From the NCBI GenBank assembly GCA_034428635.1, contig DAOUHR010000157.1:1-63495 (forward strand): a stretch of DNA of 63,495 nt. The letters run 5' to 3'. Below the pieces are notes generated by a model. That model saw only the letters and a program-made list of their open reading frames with translations. It searched no databases and had not been told where the DNA came from. Source of the stretch: Dehalococcoidia bacterium (GTDB lineage: Bacteria > Chloroflexota > Dehalococcoidia > Lucifugimonadales > UBA3495). Shown in pieces: positions 27,562 to 35,943 of the stretch. The translations under genes and the position numbers were made by a program. Every line of letters starts with the position of its first letter. The stretch's first letter is position 1.

Positions 27562-27862
27562 ACTGAAGTCTCCAACCGTAACTCGGACTTCTCGTCGGGC
27601 GGGTATAGTTCCCTCTGCTGGTCCATTCCCAGTCCGCCAACGGGCAGGCAGTTGCAGCCTATGGATAGCAGCATATTGTTAATATACACCAGCAGATTTG
27701 CGGGACTCGTCAGATTGAAAATTGCAGGCGCCGATGGTTCCGGTCCATTGTTTTCGCCTGCGTGGGAACCTCGTGCTCGGAGCAACTTCAATCCTGCTTT
27801 GGGGCAATGGCAAAGGTGGGCGGAAAATTCCAAAACGAGATTGCCCCGCCAAATACAGCATG

Positions 27863-29827
27863 TCATTTTACGTATGTGTTAAACCACGTCAAAGTTCGTT
27901 CCAGGTACTCCTCCCGCAATTTGGGGTGGCCCTGTCGGGGGAAGGAGTGGGAGCAGCCAGGGAAACGGACCATTTCCACCGTTTTTCCCAGCCGTTTCAG
28001 CCGGACAAAGTAGGCTTCGCTTTGGGAGATGGGGCACCGCACGTCTGACTCTCCGTGCAGGAGGAGGACGGGCGCCTCCACTTTGGGAACGTAGGTAATA
28101 GGCGAATGGTCCACCAGTTTCTGGTAGGCTTCGTCAAATGTTCCCCCCCACTGCACCTCGCCGAAACTGACTCCGATGTCTGAAGTGCCATACATGCCAA
28201 TCAGGTCGGTGCAGGGCGCGCCCACCACCGCGGCCCGGAATCGGTGGTTGTGCCCCACGATCCAGCTGGACATGAATCCCCCGTAGCTGTAGCCGTGAAC
28301 GCCCATTCGGGTCTCATCCACATAGGGCCGAACTGCTACTTCATCCACTGCCGCCATCAGGTCCAGGTAGTCCTCGCCGCCCCAGTCGTCCAGCACCGCC
28401 GTCATAAAATCGTCGCCGTAGGTGGAGGAACCACGGGGGTTCACCGCCAACGTGATGTAACCGTTGGTGGCCAGCAACTGCTGCAGTGGTACGAAGGAGT
28501 CATAGAATGCCCCGTTGGGTCCCCCATGTATCTCAAGCGCCAGCGGATAACTCAGTGAATCATCAAAGTTCGGAGGGAAATAGAGCCGGCATTCAATTTC
28601 AAACCCTTCCCGGTGGATGCTGAACTTTTCCTGCCGCGCCGGTGGGTGGGCCTCCAGGTATTCATCGTTGTAGCCGGTAACTCGGATGGCTGTGCGGTCG
28701 CTCAAGTTCACCAGTTCCAAGTCTGCCGGGGACGACGGGGAATTGGAAACCATGACCGCGCTGCGGCCCGTGCCATCGATGGAGACCATGGGAGACTGCA
28801 TTCCGCCACCAGCCAGTAGTTGTAGCCCTTTGCCTTCAACTGAAGCTTCCACCAGGTACGACTCGCCCCGCGATTCGCCCAGGAAGAGGATCCGGTTTTC
28901 TGGTATCCAGGCCATTTCCGGCGTGGAGCCGATGCCGGGAATACCCAGGCAAGGTCGGATGGAGTCGTCGGTCAACTGCCTTGGTGCTTTGCCCTGCTCC
29001 AGGACGTACAGCCAGCTTTGCCACAGACCCAGGCCGTGGCTTGCCGGAGACCCTGCGGCTACCAATCGCTGTCCATCGGGCGACCACGCCACCGAGCCAA
29101 CCGTCTCCAGTTCTCCGGACCAGCATTCCGGCCCGGTTGCCTCGCCATCGACCGATACAACGTAGGCCTCGGAACTGCTGGAAATGTCCCGGTTGTCTCG
29201 CCGACTGGAAACGAAGGCAATGCGGCCGCCGTCGGGAGACCACGCAGGAAGATAGTCATCCCAGTCGCCGTCGGTTAGCTGGCTGGCGCTGCTGTCTCCC
29301 ACATTGACAACAAAAAGGTGAAAGTGAGCGTCGCCCCGCCAGCCCAGGCCGTCGTAGCGGTACTTGATCCGTCGGGCCACGCTGACCTGGGGCAGAGGAT
29401 TGTCAGGGGTAACCGGGCGTTCCCCTTCGGGACTTACATCGGCGGAATAGGCCAGCCTGCCGGAGTCCGGCGCCCACGCCAAGTCGACAATGTTCCTCGG
29501 GGAGCGTGTCAACTGCCGCGCTTCCCCGCCGTCCACCGGAATTAGCCAGATTTGGCGCTGGCCTGCGTCGTCGGGTCGCAGGAAGGCAATGGTGCGGCCG
29601 TCGGGTGAAAACTTGGGAGAACCGTCCCGTTCGCCCTGGGTGAAATCCACCGCCGGCGTGCCCGCTCCCTTGTCCAGTGGAAGCATACGAAGTCGCGACC
29701 GGCTTTCCAGGGAATCCTCCTCCACCCACCCGTAGGTGAACACAACCTTTGAGCCGTCCGGCGCCAGCGCCGGGTCGGCCACGGACTTCAGATGGCGCAC
29801 CATATCCGGAGCAAAGGCGTTGCCCAT
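27863..29827 (-). CDS. S9 family peptidase (acylaminoacyl/prolyl oligopeptidase) with N-terminal PD40 beta-propeller
   Basis: PKFSPDG/PAWSPDG repeats, IHGGP, GYSYGG nucleophile, HGESDVRC, HSF. Confidence 0.93.
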   Translation of the reverse strand: MGNAFAPDMVRHLKSVADPALAPDGSKVVFTYGWVEEDSLESRSRLRMLPLDKGAGTPAVDFTQGERDGSPKFSPDGRTIAFLRPDDAGQRQIWLIPVDGGEARQLTRSPRNIVDLAWAPDSGRLAYSADVSPEGERPVTPDNPLPQVSVARRIKYRYDGLGWRGDAHFHLFVVNVGDSSASQLTDGDWDDYLPAWSPDGGRIAFVSSRRDNRDISSSSEAYVVSVDGEATGPECWSGELETVGSVAWSPDGQRLVAAGSPASHGLGLWQSWLYVLEQGKAPRQLTDDSIRPCLGIPGIGSTPEMAWIPENRILFLGESRGESYLVEASVEGKGLQLLAGGGMQSPMVSIDGTGRSAVMVSNSPSSPADLELVNLSDRTAIRVTGYNDEYLEAHPPARQEKFSIHREGFEIECRLYFPPNFDDSLSYPLALEIHGGPNGAFYDSFVPLQQLLATNGYITLAVNPRGSSTYGDDFMTAVLDDWGGEDYLDLMAAVDEVAVRPYVDETRMGVHGYSYGGFMSSWIVGHNHRFRAAVVGAPCTDLIGMYGTSDIGVSFGEVQWGGTFDEAYQKLVDHSPITYVPKVEAPVLLLHGESDVRCPISQSEAYFVRLKRLGKTVEMVRFPGCSHSFPRQGHPKLREEYLERTLTWFNTYVK

Positions 29828-29876
29828 GGTCTTGCCCCCGTTTTCAGTTAAAGAGGTCCGGAAAGGAATAAAAGAA

Positions 29877-29898
29877 TAGAGGGTCTATAGACCCTCTA
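29877..29898 (-). terminator. Intrinsic terminator of the tRNA operon (perfect 22-bp palindrome)
   Basis: TAGAGGGTC-TATA-GACCCTCTA, followed on the minus strand by TTCTTTTATT. Confidence 0.7.
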
Positions 29899-29936
29899 GG
29901 GATTTCGTCAAACTCGGCAAAAAAGTTGGAGGAAGT

Positions 29937-30014
29937 TGGCAGGAGCGGGAGGATTCGAACCCCCGACCACTGGTTTTGGAGACCAGCGCTCTGACCAGAC
30001 TGAGCTACGCTCCT
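29937..30014 (-). tRNA. tRNA-Trp (CCA)
   Basis: Reverse complement AGGAGCGTAGCTCAG...CTCCAAA...GGTTCGAATCC...CTCCTGCCA; cloverleaf, 3' CCA encoded. Confidence 0.95.
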
Positions 30015-30033
30015 GCGACCGGTGTTGTTGAAG

Positions 30034-30109
30034 TGGTACCCCTGGAGGGACTCGAACCCCCGACGCGCGACTTAGGACGCCGCCGCTCTATCCTCTGAGC
30101 TACAGGGGC
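30034..30109 (-). tRNA. tRNA-Arg (CCT)
   Basis: GCCCCTGTAGCTCAGAGGATAGAGC...GTCCTAA...GGTTCGAGTCC...ACCA; A20 present. Confidence 0.92.
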
Positions 30110-30113
30110 AGGT

Positions 30114-30189
30114 TGGTGGAGATAGGGGGGCTCGAACCCCCAACCTCGGCATTGCGAACGCCGCGCTCTCCCAGTTGAGCTATATCCCC
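30114..30189 (-). tRNA. tRNA-Ala (CGC)
   Basis: GGGGATATAGCTCA...TTCGCAA...TCTCCACCA; G3:U70 pair. Confidence 0.95.
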
Positions 30190-30274
30190 AGGCTTTCGCC
30201 CGCAGCCTTCACCTCTTCAGGTTCCATCTGCCGAGCCGCCACCGGTAAGGGAAAAATCCCTGGCACCACAAGAA

Positions 30275-30303
30275 ATGTTAAGACTCTCCCCTTGGGCTGT
30301 CAA
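30275..30303 (-). promoter_or_regulatory. Sigma70 promoter of the tRNA Ala-Arg-Trp operon
   Basis: Minus strand TTGACA (30303-30298), 17 nt spacer, TAACAT (30280-30275). Confidence 0.7.
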
Positions 30304-30354
30304 GTGCGGGTCAGGTAAGGGAACGGTTCCGCTTCAGGTGGTTGGAGTCTTTTA

Positions 30355-30377
30355 AGGGCGAGTTTGAAACCCGCCCT
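30355..30377. repeat. REP-like palindrome, family C (degenerate copy)
   Basis: agggcgagtttgaaacccgccct, similar to 42091-42116. Confidence 0.55.
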
Positions 30378-30583
30378 GTCTGGCGTCCCGGCGTTTTCCA
30401 CAGCTAATACCACCTGAATTGGAACACTACCTCGAGTGAAGGAGCCGGCGTGAACCAGCCCAATCGCCGAACCCACTCGCCCACCTGTCCTCCGCGTTGG
30501 GGTTGCCCTTCCCCGCCAGTTACAACGGTTAATGTGCTCCTCGCTCCCGCTTGCCGCCGGCTGGATGCCATCCAGCCAAAACA

Positions 30584-31138
30584 TTACACGGGCAGCGCCG
30601 GTTCGTCGGACTCGTGGGCAAGCTGCAGGTCCACAGTGTTGGCGTTGAATGCCAGCATGGCGTAGTAGCCCATCAGCGTTACCAGCTCCACCATGGCCTG
30701 GGTGCCAAACTGCAGGTGCAGGGCCTGGAAGGTCTCATCGCTGACCTTGCTGCCGGTAAAGAACTCGTTGCCCAGGTTGATAACCGCCGCCTCGGCGGGG
30801 GACAGTTCCGGCAGTGGTTTCCGGTCCCGCAGGGCGTCAATCAGTTCATTGCTCAGCCCCGACTGCCTGGCAATGGGCACGTGCCGGTCCCAGATGTAGA
30901 CACAGTCCTTGGCCCTTGCCGTAACCAGCATGGCCAGTTCCCGCATTTGGTGGGGCACAGTGGACTCGTTGCGCACGTATTCCCAGAAAGGTATGGCGCG
31001 CCGTGCCATCTCCGGGCTGTGTTTCAGAATCGACATGGGGCCGGTACCCACTCCGCCAGGCCCGGCGTTAATTTCGTCAAATACATCTCGCAAATTCTCA
31101 GGTATGCTTTCGGAAGTAGGCAAAGGTATTCGAGACAT
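30584..31138 (-). CDS. Carboxymuconolactone decarboxylase/AhpD-like family protein
   Basis: HSPEMAR, RELAMLVTARAKDCVYIWDRH, ELVTLMGYY. Confidence 0.85.
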   Translation of the reverse strand: MSRIPLPTSESIPENLRDVFDEINAGPGGVGTGPMSILKHSPEMARRAIPFWEYVRNESTVPHQMRELAMLVTARAKDCVYIWDRHVPIARQSGLSNELIDALRDRKPLPELSPAEAAVINLGNEFFTGSKVSDETFQALHLQFGTQAMVELVTLMGYYAMLAFNANTVDLQLAHESDEPALPV

Positions 31139-31351
31139 GGCGTTCTCCTTGTTCAGTTTTGCGGGACTCCGATGTTGCGTGGCTTCAGTTTAGCTTCACC
31201 TCAACCGTCAATCAAACTGTCTGACTTGTCGCGCTCGCCTTGACTGACTTACCTGTCCAACCTAAAATCGTTATGGTTTGAAGCGAATTCGGAAAAACGG
31301 ATCCGTTTGCATTCCCAATAGAAAATTGGTGTCGAGGAGCGGCTGACTGAT

Positions 31352-32101
31352 ATGTCGTTGAAAGTGGGCAGAATTCCATACTTGATTTGCGAACCCTTCT
31401 ACTTCGACACGGAGCGAAGGGGTATGCAATTGGTGGATACCATGCCCCACCGTGCCGTCGAGGAAATCGAGCAGGGCGTAATCGACGCTGCCCTGGTTCC
31501 CGTTGTAGATATTTACGGTAAGGAAGATATCCTGCAGCCGGTGGGAGGGTTCTGCATTGCCAGCACCGACCGGGCCGGCAGCGTATTTCTTTACTCCAAG
31601 GTGCCCGTGGAGGAACTGGACGGCGCCCGAGTTGGCCTGATCGATGACTCAAAGACTTCGGTAAAGTTGCTTCAAGTCCTGCTTGAGCAAAAATACCAGG
31701 TCGAGCCGGCCGAATACGTGGGCTTGCGCGATGAGCACGACGCCTTCATGGTGATGGGTGACCGGGGCCTGCGGCAGCGGCGCGGCGCCCGCGGCTTCGC
31801 CCATCGCTACGACCTGGGCGAGGAGTGGTACGAGTGGACCCGGCTTCCCTTCGTCTACGCCCGCTGGATGGCCCGCCAGGGCATCGACTCCCAGCAGTTG
31901 GCGGTACTGGAAGACACCCTCTACGTTGGTCTGGAAGACGGTGTGGACACTCTTTACCATATCTCGGAACCCCGCGAAAACCTGCTCATGCTGCCCCGTG
32001 ACGTGGTCGAATACGTGCAGGGCATCCGCTTCTACCTGGGCATGACGGAGCAGAAATCCATGCGGATCTTCCGGGAATACGTGGAGCAGCTTAGCCCGTA
32101 A
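31352..32101 (+). CDS. mqnA: Chorismate dehydratase (futalosine menaquinone pathway)
   Basis: KVGRIPYLICEPF, SKTSVKLLQVL, MGDRGL, YDLGEEWYEWTRLPFVYARW. Confidence 0.85.
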   Translation: MSLKVGRIPYLICEPFYFDTERRGMQLVDTMPHRAVEEIEQGVIDAALVPVVDIYGKEDILQPVGGFCIASTDRAGSVFLYSKVPVEELDGARVGLIDDSKTSVKLLQVLLEQKYQVEPAEYVGLRDEHDAFMVMGDRGLRQRRGARGFAHRYDLGEEWYEWTRLPFVYARWMARQGIDSQQLAVLEDTLYVGLEDGVDTLYHISEPRENLLMLPRDVVEYVQGIRFYLGMTEQKSMRIFREYVEQLSP

Positions 32102-32179
32102 CTCTGTTGTCAGATGGCTCTTCATTTCCCACTCTGCAGCCAGATCCCTCTCAATGGGCGCAAGAAAAGGTGGCAATCT

Positions 32180-33049
32180 ATGGCCAGGGTAACCGACGCT
32201 GGATTTGAGGTTACCGGAAGGTCCACCTTCATCTGCGACTTTTCGCCTCCCCGTTCAGGCAACCCGCACGATATCCCCGCCACAATTCCCGGTGCCGAAT
32301 TCCTCCTGGTTAACCGTAACCCCGGCCGGGCCGTTCGCGCCGATTCGGCCATGATGGCCGCCGGACTGCAGAACCGTACCGGCAGCACTGTCATCTTCGC
32401 CATGTTGACCCGAGATATGAACCGCCTGGCGATCCAGTCCTGCTTGCTGGGAGCACAATTGCTGGGGTTGGAAAATGTGGTGGTGGCCCGGGGAGACGCC
32501 TTCTCCGCAACCGACGCTGCGCGCGTCGCCGCCGTGTCCGATTACCGCCCTACGGAACTGATATCTGACATTTCGCGCTTGAACCGTGGCGAAGATTTTC
32601 GGGGCCGCAAGTTGGACTCGCCCACAGCCTTTTGTATTGGAGCTACGGTGGACCCGGGGCAAGACCCGGGCCAGCAGGCTGCGCTGGCGTACCGCAAGGT
32701 TATAGCGGGGGCCAGCTTCCTGATAACCCAGCCCGTGTACGAGCCGGGGCATGCCTTACGCCTGATGGACGCGTACCAGGAGCTTTCCAGTGGCGGGTGC
32801 CCCGTGCCCGTCTACTGGGGACTGCAAATTCTGGATATAGATGGTGTTGCCTTCGGATCGGTGCCACCCCACTTCAGGGATGCACTGTCCGGCGGACGCT
32901 CGGGGGTTGTTCTGGCCCTGGAGGTCTACTCACTGTTTCTGGAATCATCAATGCGCAATGTATACCTTCTCCCGCCCATCCGGCGTGGAGGGGAAAGGGG
33001 CTATGAAGCCGCGCAGGAATTTCTGGCGGCGGCCAGAGCAATGTCGTAA
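32180..33049 (+). CDS. Methylenetetrahydrofolate reductase-like protein (divergent MetF)
   Basis: Start reassigned to ATG 32180. TRDMNRLAIQSCLLGAQLLGLENVVVARGD, KVIAGASFLITQPVY. Confidence 0.75.
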   Translation: MARVTDAGFEVTGRSTFICDFSPPRSGNPHDIPATIPGAEFLLVNRNPGRAVRADSAMMAAGLQNRTGSTVIFAMLTRDMNRLAIQSCLLGAQLLGLENVVVARGDAFSATDAARVAAVSDYRPTELISDISRLNRGEDFRGRKLDSPTAFCIGATVDPGQDPGQQAALAYRKVIAGASFLITQPVYEPGHALRLMDAYQELSSGGCPVPVYWGLQILDIDGVAFGSVPPHFRDALSGGRSGVVLALEVYSLFLESSMRNVYLLPPIRRGGERGYEAAQEFLAAARAMS

Positions 33050-33140
33050 TGCTTCCACATTTGGCTGAGGAGATCCAAAGGACTAGGGGCAGGCTATTGT
33101 GGCCTGCCCCTTCCGGTTGGCTGCTCCAGGTTTCCGCACC

Positions 33141-33449
33141 CTACTGGCGCGAATCAAACACTTCCTTCGCCACCCGGACGGCGTTGGCCGCGGTAGGCCA
33201 GCCCGCATAAAAGGCCATGTGGGTGATAATCTCGCCAATCTCTTCCTTCGTTACGCCGTTGTCCAGGGCCCGATTAATGTGCCCCCTGAGCTGGTCGGTG
33301 CGGTAAAGGGCCACCAGGGTAGCCACGGTAATCATGCTGCGGTCACGCTTGGACAGTTCCGGACGTTCCCACACGTCCCCGAATAGTACGTTGGCACTGA
33401 GTTCCGCCATTTTGGGCGCTACTTCGCTGGCCGGATTGGGTGTGGTCAT
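33141..33449 (-). CDS. Carboxymuconolactone decarboxylase family protein (single domain)
   Basis: LFGDVWERPELSKRDRSMITVA, HINRALDNGVTKEEI, FYAGWP. Confidence 0.92.
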   Translation of the reverse strand: MTTPNPASEVAPKMAELSANVLFGDVWERPELSKRDRSMITVATLVALYRTDQLRGHINRALDNGVTKEEIGEIITHMAFYAGWPTAANAVRVAKEVFDSRQ

Positions 33450-33539
33450 TGCATTGCCTCCTCGTTGTGTTAGAGATTCAGAGGGTTGGTCTGGCTGAAG
33501 TAAAATGGGGAAGGGTCTTGTCTCAAAGGGCGGGGCCGT

Positions 33540-34334
33540 TCAGGTAGCCGTCCCCGCGCCCCAGGTTACGCCGAAGTCGGCCCGCTCCACCACCTGCCCG
33601 GTAAAGGTTTCGGCGGTCTGACCGGCCAGCCACACGGCGGCCTCGGTAACTTCGTCAGGCTGGACCATGGGGATATGGGCGGTTCCAGGCCAGTCGCCGC
33701 GCCGGTTCATCCAGGTATCAACCCGGCCGGGACTGAACAGGTTGACGGCGATGTTATCGGGTCGGACCTCTTCCGCCAGGCTCAGAAGCATTCTTTCCAG
33801 GGCCGCCTTGCTCATGGAATAGCCCACCCGGCCTTCGCGGTAGCCCCTGGCGGAACCGGAGGTCACCCCGATTATTGAACCGGAACTCCGCGCTATCATG
33901 GAGGGAAGGGCAAACTTGCAAAGCAGCAGGGGAGCCCGCACGTTCACCGCCAGCGCGCGGTCCAGCAGCTCGGGATCCAGATCAACGACGGGGGACTCGC
34001 AGTCTATGCCCGCGTTGGAAAATAGGATATCAATTCCGCCGTATTGGGTGGCCGCAGTCTTTACCAGGTTCTGCAGGTCTGAGGGGTTGGTAACGTCGCA
34101 TTTAACTGCGATGGCATCGCCGCCGTCATCCAGGATGCTGCGAACCGTGTCGTGGATGTTTCCCGAGGCGTACCTTTCATATGCGGCGCCCGGCGTCGCT
34201 TCTTCCTCGGTGCGTGAAGCGACCACTACCCTGGCTCCGGCCTGGGCCAGCCCCCTGCTGACAGCCCTGCCTATGCCCCGGCTGCCGCCGGTAACAATAG
34301 CTACCTTGTTGGTCAGGTCCACGGCCCCACCCAC
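33540..34334 (-). CDS. Short-chain dehydrogenase/reductase
   Basis: TGGSRGIG, SNAG, YSMSK; the GTG start overlaps the upstream TAG. Confidence 0.92.
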   Translation of the reverse strand: MGGAVDLTNKVAIVTGGSRGIGRAVSRGLAQAGARVVVASRTEEEATPGAAYERYASGNIHDTVRSILDDGGDAIAVKCDVTNPSDLQNLVKTAATQYGGIDILFSNAGIDCESPVVDLDPELLDRALAVNVRAPLLLCKFALPSMIARSSGSIIGVTSGSARGYREGRVGYSMSKAALERMLLSLAEEVRPDNIAVNLFSPGRVDTWMNRRGDWPGTAHIPMVQPDEVTEAAVWLAGQTAETFTGQVVERADFGVTWGAGTAT

Positions 34335-34765
34335 TAGCTGGCGGGGCGGAACTTGGGCAGGCTTATGGTCTCGGTCAGGTCATCGAAAGTAACTTCCACC
34401 GCCATGCCGCACTTGATTACTTCCGGGTCCGCCTCAATGTCCACCAGGTGGGCAATAATGCGGGCGCCTTCTTCCAGTTCAACTATGACCGGAACATAGG
34501 GCACCATGTCGCGGAAGGCCGGCGTGGGCGCCCGGTGCACGATGCAGAAAGTATGGACATTGCCGCGGCCGCTGCTCTTAACCCAGTCGGTGTTGCGGGA
34601 AAAACAGGCCGGACAAATGTCCCGGGGGTAGAAGTAAGTATTGCCGCAAGCGACGCAATGGCGAAGCCACAACTCTTTCTCCTTGCATTTCTTCCAGTAA
34701 AAGTCCGATTCCGGCTGGGGAACCGGGGGAGTTATGGGCGGGGCGGGCTGGTTCTGCTGGGACAT
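34334..34765 (-). CDS. Zn-ribbon/OB-fold protein (DUF35/ChsH2-like)
   Basis: Start reassigned to ATG 34765. CVACG...YPRDICPAC, SSGRGNVHTF, VELEEGARI. Confidence 0.9.
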   Translation of the reverse strand: MSQQNQPAPPITPPVPQPESDFYWKKCKEKELWLRHCVACGNTYFYPRDICPACFSRNTDWVKSSGRGNVHTFCIVHRAPTPAFRDMVPYVPVIVELEEGARIIAHLVDIEADPEVIKCGMAVEVTFDDLTETISLPKFRPAS

Positions 34766-35014
34766 CCGCTGCTCCTTGTCCGGGCCGGCAAATGAGGTAG
34801 GCCCATTAAACTGTGCAATAGATTTGGCTTCTGGCTCTCTCCTCGAAGCAAACCCAGCATAAGTAGAAAACAAAGCCCAGTCAAGGCAATTATCTAAGTA
34901 CGCAGTGTTGTGGTCACGGCCGGAAGACCTTAGTGAACGGTTGTAATCTCTTACAGCCGGGTTTATCGTTCATTCTGCTATTTGCTGGGAAACTGGAGAA
35001 CTCGGGAGTGAACA

Positions 35015-35941
35015 ATGCGCGTAGCGGTCATGGGAACGGGCAGCATCGGCAGCTACTTTGGCGGCATGCTGGCCCACGCCGGCAACCAGGTAACCCTCAT
35101 AGCGCGCGGAGAAAACCTGGCCGCAATTCTGACTCAGGGACTCCGTATCCAGACCGACGAAGAGCTGCTTACCATACCTTGCGGTGACTCCCTTGCAGCC
35201 ACCGATGACACCTCCTTGATTGGGCCGGTGGACTTGGCCCTGCTCTCCGTCAAGACCTACCAGAACGACGTTGCCGTTCCCGCCATGCTGCCCCTGGTGG
35301 GCCCGGATACCACCGTCCTCTGCCTCCAGAACGGCATCGACAGCTACCAGGCCGCAGCAGCTGTGCTTGGGGTGGAGCGGGTGCTGCCCGGGGCTGCCTA
35401 CATCGAAGCGGCGAGGCTGGGCCCCGGCATGGTCAGGCAGAGCGGCAGCGTGGTCCGCATTGCCTTCGGTGAGACTGACGGCAGCGACAGCCAGCGCGGC
35501 CGCACAATCCGGCAGGCTCTGTCAGAAGCGGGCGTCAATGCCCAGTTCAGCCAGGATATCCGCCAGATTCTGTGGACCAAGTTCCTCTTCATCGCCACCA
35601 TGGCCGGGGTAACCAGCCTCTCCCGAGAAACCATGGCCGAAATTATGTCCCGTCCCGAATGGCGGCAGGTAATCATCAACTGCATGAGGGAAATTGAGGC
35701 AGTGGCCCGGACTAGCAACGTCAATATTGCCCCCGAAATTGTTGAAGCAACTGTTGCCTACATCGAAGGCGACTTGGAGGACATGCACGCCTCTATGCAC
35801 GCCGACATCATGGCCGGCCGCCCCCTGGAACTGGAAGCTCTGACCGGCGCGGTAGTGCGGGCGGGGCTTGCGGCCGGAGTGCCTACACCAATCAACGACG
35901 TAATCTACGCGGCCCTTAAACCCTTCGTCGCAGGAAGCTGA
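35015..35941 (+). CDS. panE: 2-dehydropantoate 2-reductase
   Basis: MGTGSIGSYFG, VKTY, LQNGI, WTKF, SMHADIMAGRPLELEALTG. Confidence 0.9.
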   Translation: MRVAVMGTGSIGSYFGGMLAHAGNQVTLIARGENLAAILTQGLRIQTDEELLTIPCGDSLAATDDTSLIGPVDLALLSVKTYQNDVAVPAMLPLVGPDTTVLCLQNGIDSYQAAAAVLGVERVLPGAAYIEAARLGPGMVRQSGSVVRIAFGETDGSDSQRGRTIRQALSEAGVNAQFSQDIRQILWTKFLFIATMAGVTSLSRETMAEIMSRPEWRQVIINCMREIEAVARTSNVNIAPEIVEATVAYIEGDLEDMHASMHADIMAGRPLELEALTGAVVRAGLAAGVPTPINDVIYAALKPFVAGS

Positions 35942-35943
35942 GG

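Noticed and set aside
29851-29875. AGGTCCGGAAAGGAATA resembling the SRP RNA core
   Set aside because: Lacks the GCAGC half and a surrounding long hairpin; it lies between a terminator and a gene start.
29937-30189. tRNA cluster (and tRNA-Ile2 at 56746) as an integration site
   Set aside because: No integrase, no duplicated tRNA 3' end and no phage or plasmid genes nearby.
30190-30274. Possible structured RNA in the tRNA operon leader (GNRA hairpin GGCGAAAGCC)
   Set aside because: A single small hairpin in an ~80-nt leader; no recognisable family, so I cannot support a call.
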